DNA from: a candidate division WOR-3 bacterium
GTDB lineage: Bacteria; Hydrothermota; Tepidihabitantia; Tepidihabitantales; Tepidihabitantaceae
Direction of reading: 5' to 3'
Length of the DNA: 64,000 bases
Assembly (NCBI GenBank): GCA_965648905.1
Contig: CBFGIT010000012.1
Location: 1 to 64,000, forward strand
A program made the position numbers and the translations under genes. The notes under the pieces are model-generated. The model was not told the DNA's origin and did not search any database. It was given only the letters and a program-made list of their open reading frames with translations. Below are positions 57,485 through 64,000 of this stretch, in pieces (position 1 is the first letter of the stretch; every line of letters begins with the position of its first letter).

Positions 57485-59385
57485 TGCATCCCTTTCTGCT
57501 GATCATACTCATTCCGGTTGCCGCGGGGCTGCTCGGATATCTCGCCGGCCGTTTGCGCAATGAGTTCAGCTTCATCGGTGCGGTCATCACGCTCTACTAC
57601 GCGGTGCGGCTGTTCTTCCAGTCACGCCACAGCGTGCTGATGCTTGAACCCGCGGCCACGGCCGGGATACCGATTGCCTTCCGGCTCGACGCGCTCTCGG
57701 GGTTCCTGTTGCTGTTCATTGCGGTTTTTGCCGTCCTGGTGATGGTGTTCTCCTTCCGCTACATGAAGGGCCGTGACGGTCTGCGCGGCTACTATCTGTA
57801 CATGCTCTTGGCCCTGGCATGCGCGAACGGCGTGGTCCTGGCTGCGAACCTGGTCGTGTTGTTGTTCTTCTGGGGTGCGATGCTCGCGGTTGTCTACGGG
57901 CTGCTCCTTGTCGGCCGGCAGGGTTCGGAGGCGGTCGCCACCAAGGCTCTGGTGTTGGTCGGCCTGTCGGATTTCCTAATGCTTGCCGGCATTGCCTTGC
58001 TGGTGCGAAGCAACTGGATCGATCTTGTGCCGGCCGTGCCCATGGCTTTGCACCAGCCGATGAATGTTGCCGCGTTCCTGCTCATTGTGGCTGGCGCTCT
58101 TGCCAAGGCCGGCTCGATGCCGTTCCACTCCTGGATTCCGGCAGCAGCAGAAACTGCTCCGGCCACGGTAATGGCCTATGTCCCGGCCTCGCTCGACAAG
58201 CTGCTTGGTATCTACCTGCTGACGCGACTGGCGACCTACATGTTCGACATCGGAGGCAACATCGCGGTCAAGAACAGTTTGATGGCGATCGGGTCGGTCA
58301 CGATTCTCGGCGCGGTGATGATGGCCTTGGTGCAGAAGCGGGTGATGAAGCTGCTTTCGTTTCACGCCGTCTCGCAGGTCGGCTACATGGTTCTGGGAAT
58401 TGGGACCGGCATTCCGGTCGGGATTGCCGGGGGGCTGTTTCACATGCTGAACCACGCCATTTACAAGGCCGGCCTCTTCTTGTCTGCGGGTTCGGTGGAG
58501 CACTGGGCCAGGACCGATGAGATTGACAGGCTCGGTGGCGTGGCTGGCCAGATGCCCGTCACTTTCCTATCCTTCCTGGTGTGCGCCATGGCCATCTCAG
58601 GGGTACCGCCGCTCAATGGATTTGCCTCAAAATGGATGGTGTATCAGGGAGTGATTGGAGCCGGACGCGACGGCAATGGGCTGGCCGTAGTTTTTCTGGT
58701 CTGCGCCATGCTTGGCAGCGTGCTGACCCTGGCTTCCTTCCTAAAATTGCTGCACTCGATGTTTTTCGGCCAGCGGCCCGACGGGCTGGCCAAGGTTCGC
58801 GAGGTCGGGTTCGCCATGTGGCTGCCGCCGGCGGTGCTGGCGGCATTGTGCGTTGTGTTCGGAATTGGTGCCTGGCAGTTGCCCCTGCGTGGGTTCATCT
58901 ATCCGAGCCTGCCGATGTTGATTGAAGTGCCGGGAGTCTGGCAGCCGCTGCTCGTCACTCTGCTGATGCTCGTGGCGCTGGCGCTGGGCGTGATTGTGTA
59001 CCTGCTGGGCACGGGCACGAAGCCGGTGGCAGCTCGGACGTTCGTTGGCGGAGAGAGGATTGCCGACAACGAAGAGAGTCGCGTGACCGGCACGGCATTC
59101 TATTCACCGGTCAAGCACCTGCCGATTCTGGACGACCTGCTCAGGTTCGGTGGCTCCGGTTCTTTCGACCTGTACAACTGGCTGGTCGGTGCCGCACACG
59201 GTCTGGCCGCGGTGTTCCAGGGCCTGGTTGAAGACGTGCTGCAGTTGCTTTACCGCGCACTTGGTCTGCTTACTGCGGCAGCCGGGCGGTTGCTCTCCAG
59301 TCTGTCAACCGGCAGCCTGCCCCTCTACGTCGCCTGGGTTTTCATTGGCGGAATGGTGTTCTTTCTGGTGTTGATGCTGAGGTAG
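57484..59385 (+). CDS. antiporter-like membrane subunit with long C-terminal extension (NuoL/MrpA-like)
   Basis: KAGSMPFHSWIP, FHAVSQVGY, HAIYK, GVPPLNGFASKW; C-terminal amphipathic helix + TM. Confidence 0.88.
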   Translation: MHPFLLIILIPVAAGLLGYLAGRLRNEFSFIGAVITLYYAVRLFFQSRHSVLMLEPAATAGIPIAFRLDALSGFLLLFIAVFAVLVMVFSFRYMKGRDGLRGYYLYMLLALACANGVVLAANLVVLLFFWGAMLAVVYGLLLVGRQGSEAVATKALVLVGLSDFLMLAGIALLVRSNWIDLVPAVPMALHQPMNVAAFLLIVAGALAKAGSMPFHSWIPAAAETAPATVMAYVPASLDKLLGIYLLTRLATYMFDIGGNIAVKNSLMAIGSVTILGAVMMALVQKRVMKLLSFHAVSQVGYMVLGIGTGIPVGIAGGLFHMLNHAIYKAGLFLSAGSVEHWARTDEIDRLGGVAGQMPVTFLSFLVCAMAISGVPPLNGFASKWMVYQGVIGAGRDGNGLAVVFLVCAMLGSVLTLASFLKLLHSMFFGQRPDGLAKVREVGFAMWLPPAVLAALCVVFGIGAWQLPLRGFIYPSLPMLIEVPGVWQPLLVTLLMLVALALGVIVYLLGTGTKPVAARTFVGGERIADNEESRVTGTAFYSPVKHLPILDDLLRFGGSGSFDLYNWLVGAAHGLAAVFQGLVEDVLQLLYRALGLLTAAAGRLLSSLSTGSLPLYVAWVFIGGMVFFLVLMLR

Positions 59386-59388
59386 TGA

Positions 59389-59937
59389 ATGACTGAGTCT
59401 TACGTCCTGCTGGCCGCGATGCTTGCCGCCGCCATTGTGGCAATCGAGATCAATGACCTGCTGGCTGCGGCCGTGGCACTGGGCATCGTCGGGTTCAGCG
59501 TGGCGATCATGTTCATCCTGCTGCAGGCTCCGGACCTGGCAATCGTCCAGATTGCGGTTGAGGTGCTTACCGTGGTTTTCTTTGCCGCGGTCATTCTGCG
59601 GACGACCAACATTGATACGACAATTGCTGAGCCTTTCAAGCGCGAGCTTGTGCTACCGACCGTCGTTTTCGCCGCGTTTGGGACATTTCTGCTCGTGCTG
59701 GCCGGTATGGTGCTGCGTGAGTTGCCGCCACTTGGCAGTCCGACCATGATGGTGGCAAGTCAGTACATTCTACACGGTCTGGAGCGCACCGGAGCGGCAA
59801 ATGTCGTTGCTGCGATTATCCTGGACTTCCGTGGTTACGATACCCTCGGTGAGGCGACCGTGCTCTTCACTGCCGTTGTCGGCGTGCTGACCGTCATGAG
59901 GCGTTCGGGTCGGAAGTCGGCAGGAGAGGGAGCATAG
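59389..59937 (+). CDS. MbhD/MbhE-like fusion (DUF4040 + MnhB N-part)
   Basis: APDLAIVQIAVE; NVVAAIILDFRGYDTLGEATVL. Confidence 0.88.
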   Translation: MTESYVLLAAMLAAAIVAIEINDLLAAAVALGIVGFSVAIMFILLQAPDLAIVQIAVEVLTVVFFAAVILRTTNIDTTIAEPFKRELVLPTVVFAAFGTFLLVLAGMVLRELPPLGSPTMMVASQYILHGLERTGAANVVAAIILDFRGYDTLGEATVLFTAVVGVLTVMRRSGRKSAGEGA

Positions 59938-59939
59938 CG

Positions 59940-60380
59940 ATGCGTGGCATGTCGACGATTGTCCAGGTAGTTGCCCACCTGCTTGCCGGCCTGCTGTTTC
60001 TGTATGGTGTCTACATCGTTCTCCACGGCCACCTCACGCCGGGCGGCGGTTTTGCCGGTGGTGTGCTGATTGCCGCGGCTTTCATACTTATGTCGCTGGC
60101 CTTTGGTTCGGTCGAGCAAGCCGAGAAGAGCTCCTACACATTCTCCTCGATCTTCGAGAGCCTGGGCGGGGTAGCATTTGTCGTTCTGGCCCTGACCGGG
60201 CTGATTGCCTGCGGCTATTTCTTCAAGAATGAGCTCGTATACTACACCGGGGTACCATTGCATCTGGTTTCCGGTGGTATCATCCTGCCAGCCAATGTCG
60301 CTATCGGCATCAAGGTCGGGGCCGGACTGGTGGCGATATTCCTGGCCCTCGGCGCATCCCGGTTCGTGATGAAGGACTAG
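59940..60380 (+). CDS. MnhB/MbhF family subunit
   Basis: HGHLTPGGGFAGG, IGIKVG. Confidence 0.9.
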   Translation: MRGMSTIVQVVAHLLAGLLFLYGVYIVLHGHLTPGGGFAGGVLIAAAFILMSLAFGSVEQAEKSSYTFSSIFESLGGVAFVVLALTGLIACGYFFKNELVYYTGVPLHLVSGGIILPANVAIGIKVGAGLVAIFLALGASRFVMKD

Positions 60381-60382
60381 GC

Positions 60383-60721
60383 ATGATAGCACTGATGGCC
60401 TGCGTTCTGCTTCTGCTCATCGGTCTGTACGCGGTCGTGGCCAAGCGTAACCTCATTAGGATCATCATCGGCTTCAGCCTGATTGAGTATGCCGTCAACC
60501 TGCTGTTTGCGTTGATTGGGTTCAAGAAGGGAGCACTGCCGCCGATTATCACGGACCTGACCCAGACGCGAAACTTCGTCGACCCGGTACCTCAGGCGCT
60601 GGTGCTGACTGCCATTGTCATCGGCCTGTCGACGACCGCATTGATGCTCGCCTTGGCGATGCGTGTCTATGAGAAGTACAGGACATTCGACATCACCGAA
60701 ATCCGGAGGCTCAAAGGCTGA
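60383..60721 (+). CDS. MnhC/MbhG family subunit
   Basis: DPVPQALVLTAIVIG. Confidence 0.92.
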   Translation: MIALMACVLLLLIGLYAVVAKRNLIRIIIGFSLIEYAVNLLFALIGFKKGALPPIITDLTQTRNFVDPVPQALVLTAIVIGLSTTALMLALAMRVYEKYRTFDITEIRRLKG

Positions 60722-62226
60722 TGAACTCACGCCTGTTACCGCTGTTCGTCGTTACGCCGATGCTGGCCGCGTTCCTCACGCCACTGCTTTCGAAGGTCTG
60801 GTCGAGATTCGGGGACCTGCTGGCCAATCTTGCCGGGGCGGTACTGCTCGGCCTCTCAACCATGGGCGTAGCCACGCTGCTTGGCAGCTCACAGCCACTG
60901 ATTCATCGCGTGGGAGGCTGGTTGCCGGCAGTCGGCATAACGCTGGTCTACGACCCACTGACCGCGCTTGTGGCACTTGCCCTGAATGCAGTCGGGTTTG
61001 CTGCCCTGCTCTACTCGGTTCGTTACCTCGACCACTATACCGGCCGCTGGAAGTTCTACACGCTGTTCATGCTGATCCTTGCTGGTCTGAACGGCGTGGT
61101 TATGACCGGCGACATGTTCAACCTGTTTGTGTTCATGGAAGTCGCGGCGGTGGCGTCGTATGCTCTGGTTGCGTTCGGGACTGACTTTGACGAACTCGAG
61201 GCCGGGTTCAAGTACATGGTCATCGGCGAGGTCGGCGGCTTCTCGATACTGCTGGCCATCGCGCTGCTCTATGCCAAGGTTTCGAGCCTGAACATGGCGG
61301 TCGTGTCCCAGGTGCTGGTAGCGCAGGGACAATCGCCTTTGTTCTGGTTCATTGTCGTCCTGTTCCTTATCGGGTTCGCGGTGAAGATGGCGATGGTGCC
61401 GTTCCATGCTTGGCTGCCCGATGCCCACCCTTCTGCTCCGGCGCCGGTGTCAGCCGTACTCTCGGGCGTGTTCATCAAGGTACTGGGGGTGTATGCGATG
61501 TCGCGCCTGATGTTCAACGTTTTCGGGCTCTCTCGTGCCAGCTCGCCCGAGTTTTTCAACCTGCTGCTCGGGTTCGGCCTGCTCTCGATTACTGTTGGCG
61601 GGCTGTTGGCCTACAACCAGAGAGACTACAAGCGGCTGCTTGCCTATTCGTCCATCAGTCAGATCGGCTACGTCCTCATTGGCTTCGGTATCGGCAACTA
61701 TTGGGGAATTGTCGGGGCGCTATTTCATATTGTTGCTCATGCGCTGGGCAAAGGGGTGCTGTTCCTGGCTGCGGGCGCGGTTGAGCGTCAGACCGGCACG
61801 CGCGACCTGAGCAAGCTCGCCGGCCTGGAAAAGTCGATGCCGGCCACAACCTGGTCTCACATTCTCGGCTCGCTTTCGCTTTCCGGCGTGCCGCCGTTTG
61901 CCGGGTTTTTCTCCAAGCTGTTCATTGTCATTGGCGCAGTCTCGGCCCAAATGCACTGGCTGGCGGTCGTTGCTGCGCTGTTCTCAGTCGTGACGCTCGG
62001 GTACCTGACCAAAGTCGTGAACCGTTCGTTCTTTGCCCGACCGGGTGCGACTTTGACCCCGGCGCGCGAGGCGCCGGCAACGATGGTGGCGGCGATGCTG
62101 CTGCTCGTCGTCCTGTCCCTGCTATTCGGTCTGGGTTTCAAGCCGACGCTCGACTGGTTCGTCGGTCCGGCAGCACAGGTTCTGACCAACGGGCTTGAGT
62201 ATGCCCGGTTTGTACTGGGAGGGTAG
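60721..62226 (+). CDS. MnhD/MbhH antiporter subunit
   Basis: DMFNLFVFMEV, PFHAWLPDAHPSAP, KRLLAYSSISQIGY, GVPPFAGFFSK. Confidence 0.92.
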   Translation: MNSRLLPLFVVTPMLAAFLTPLLSKVWSRFGDLLANLAGAVLLGLSTMGVATLLGSSQPLIHRVGGWLPAVGITLVYDPLTALVALALNAVGFAALLYSVRYLDHYTGRWKFYTLFMLILAGLNGVVMTGDMFNLFVFMEVAAVASYALVAFGTDFDELEAGFKYMVIGEVGGFSILLAIALLYAKVSSLNMAVVSQVLVAQGQSPLFWFIVVLFLIGFAVKMAMVPFHAWLPDAHPSAPAPVSAVLSGVFIKVLGVYAMSRLMFNVFGLSRASSPEFFNLLLGFGLLSITVGGLLAYNQRDYKRLLAYSSISQIGYVLIGFGIGNYWGIVGALFHIVAHALGKGVLFLAAGAVERQTGTRDLSKLAGLEKSMPATTWSHILGSLSLSGVPPFAGFFSKLFIVIGAVSAQMHWLAVVAALFSVVTLGYLTKVVNRSFFARPGATLTPAREAPATMVAAMLLLVVLSLLFGLGFKPTLDWFVGPAAQVLTNGLEYARFVLGG

Positions 62227-62715
62227 GTGGCGCGGCGTCTGGCGTACTTCCTGCTTGGTCTGGTGTTCTACATAGTGCTGGTATGGTCATTCCAGGTTGA
62301 GGAATTGATTGCTGCCGGCGCGGCAGCACTGCTCACTGCGTTGGTGTTTGGCAAACACCTGCCGATTGAGCCGGCCCGACTGCTTTCTCCCCGGCGTTGG
62401 CTCTGGCTGCTGATGTACGTCCCGGTCTTCGCGTATCAGTGCCTGAAGTCGAACATCGACGTCGCGCTGCGCGTGCTTTCGCCCGGTCTGCAAATCAAGC
62501 CCGGAATCGTTCGAATACGCACAACACTCAAGAGCGACGTGGCGCGGGTGTTTCTGGCGAACTCGATTACGTTGACGCCCGGAACGATGACAGTGGAGAT
62601 ACGGGACGACCTGCTCTACATCCACTGGATCGAGGTCGGCTCGGACGACCCGGTTGCTGCGGCAAAGAGGATCATCGGGCCGTTTGAGTTCTTCCTGTCG
62701 AGGATATTCGACTGA
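62227..62715 (+). CDS. MnhE/MbhA family subunit
   Basis: PGIV, LANSITLTPGT, LYIHWI. Confidence 0.92.
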   Translation: MARRLAYFLLGLVFYIVLVWSFQVEELIAAGAAALLTALVFGKHLPIEPARLLSPRRWLWLLMYVPVFAYQCLKSNIDVALRVLSPGLQIKPGIVRIRTTLKSDVARVFLANSITLTPGTMTVEIRDDLLYIHWIEVGSDDPVAAAKRIIGPFEFFLSRIFD

Positions 62716-62969
62716 TGACGATACTGATTGTCTTTCTTTCCTTCGGAGCGTTTTTCTGTCTGTACCGGGCACTCAAGGGGCCTTCGATACCGGACCGTGC
62801 GATTGCTGTCGACATCATGTCGGTCATTTTCACCAGCATCACAGCGCTGATGGCGCTGCAGTACAAGCTCGCGTTTCTCATCGACCTGTCGATCGCGCTG
62901 GCAATAATCTCTTTCATCGGCAGTCTGGCGCTGGCCAAGTATCTTGAAGGAAGGAGCCTAGATGATTAG
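62715..62969 (+). CDS. MnhF/MbhB family subunit
   Basis: GPSIPDRAIAVD, AKYLE. Confidence 0.9.
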   Translation: MTILIVFLSFGAFFCLYRALKGPSIPDRAIAVDIMSVIFTSITALMALQYKLAFLIDLSIALAIISFIGSLALAKYLEGRSLDD

Positions 62970-63315
62970 CGTTGTCGGCTGGCTGTTCCTTGGTACTGGT
63001 GTCGGATTTACCCTGCTCGGCTGCCTGGGACTGGTTCGGTTCCCGGACCTTTACAACCGCATGCAGGCCGCGACGAAGTGCGTCACTCTCGGCACATGTG
63101 GCATCCTTTTCGGCGTCTTTCTGATGTCCGGATTCACCGCGCTCGGCGTCAAGGCGCTGGTCTGCGCGCTGTTCGTGCTCATTACCGTGCCGGTGGCAGC
63201 CCATGCCTTGGCGCGCGGCTCACTCATTTTCGGCGTCAGGCTCTGGAAAGACACGGTCAAGGACGAGTTCACCGACGACCGGGGTGGTGAGTCGATCATT
63301 GAGGGGAGAAAATGA
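62962..63315 (+). CDS. MnhG/MbhC family subunit
   Basis: RFPDLYNRMQAATK, PVAAHALAR. Confidence 0.92.
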   Translation: MISVVGWLFLGTGVGFTLLGCLGLVRFPDLYNRMQAATKCVTLGTCGILFGVFLMSGFTALGVKALVCALFVLITVPVAAHALARGSLIFGVRLWKDTVKDEFTDDRGGESIIEGRK

Positions 63316-63929
63316 GAATACCCCTGCCTAAGCTGCGTGAGCTGGTTGAAGCGGTCCGGGCAGTGGTCAAGGGGCCGTACACGACCAGGTTCCCGGCCAG
63401 GGTTGACTCGGTTCACCCCAACTTCCGTGGTCTGCTCAAGTTCGATTCCGACAAATGTATCTGCTGCGGTGCCTGCACCCGGGTCTGTCCGCCCCGTGCC
63501 CGCGAAATCGTATTCGACCGGGACAAAGGCGTCATTCGCAACGTTCACCACGCGGAGCGGTGCATCTACTGCGGTCAGTGCGTGCTCTACTGCACAACTC
63601 GTGAGGGCATCTACCACTCGACCGAGTTCGACGCGGCCCGGACCGAACGCAGTCCGGACTGGGAGACATCGGTCGAGAAGGAAGCCGCAATCTGCGAAAT
63701 CTGTGGTGAGGCATTTGCTTCCAAGGCGCACCTGCTTTGGATTGCGCACAGGGTCGGCGACCTTGCCAATTCAAACCCGACGTTGTTTCTCTCGTTGTAC
63801 CAGGAACTCGGCACTGCTGAGCCGCGTCCGCCGCGCGGCGACCCGGTTCCTTATCGGTCAGATACCGTGCGTATCCTGTGTCCTGAATGTCGACGCAAGA
63901 CGTACCTGACCGAGCAGTGGGGCTACTGA
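63312..63929 (+). CDS. NuoI/MbhN-like 2x[4Fe-4S] subunit with extra CxxC...CxxC tail
   Basis: FRG, CICCGACTRVCP, CIYCGQCVLYC, CEICG...CPECRR. Confidence 0.9.
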   Translation: MRIPLPKLRELVEAVRAVVKGPYTTRFPARVDSVHPNFRGLLKFDSDKCICCGACTRVCPPRAREIVFDRDKGVIRNVHHAERCIYCGQCVLYCTTREGIYHSTEFDAARTERSPDWETSVEKEAAICEICGEAFASKAHLLWIAHRVGDLANSNPTLFLSLYQELGTAEPRPPRGDPVPYRSDTVRILCPECRRKTYLTEQWGY

Positions 63930-64000
63930 GCCCCGAGCAAGAGCCCGATCATAATCAGCCAGCACTCGTCCGCTGACCGGACACCCGCAGTCCGTCGTTG

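Noticed and set aside
53293..63929. Complex I (nuo) or MBS sulfane reductase
   Set aside because: The large subunit keeps both CxxC Ni-binding motifs, and Mrp E/F/G homologues are present

Overview
This is a GC-rich chromosomal segment of a diderm anaerobic bacterium. The CARDB/Kelch/C-terminal-sorting-domain secreted proteins are most reminiscent of candidate division WOR-3, which is an inference. In order it contains: a decayed DUF433/DUF5615 toxin-antitoxin pair; an aeRF1-family (baeRF) gene and xerC; pdp; a bactofilin-M6 protease-fabG-patatin/Omp85 operon; and an htrA-purB-acyl-CoA dehydrogenase-small protein-DUF362 operon. Next come a cluster of large secreted proteins with T9SS/FlgD-type C-terminal domains, an intact DUF4258 TA pair, a Cys-less thiolase plus DUF35, folP-cdaA-DUF2723 glycosyltransferase, EF-G2, TonB, TamA/TamB and a Walker-A-less PriA. 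The window ends with a 14.6-kb, 18-gene group 4 [NiFe]-hydrogenase operon that combines a flavin/NAD(P) input module, a NuoG/FDH-like subunit, three antiporter-like subunits and a full Mrp-type module. Non-coding signals include several 12-nt-periodic intergenic tracts, heptamer microsatellites that also invade CDSs, an unannotated attenuator/riboswitch-like leader, and at least six apparently leaderless genes. No rRNA, tRNA, CRISPR array or transposase was seen.
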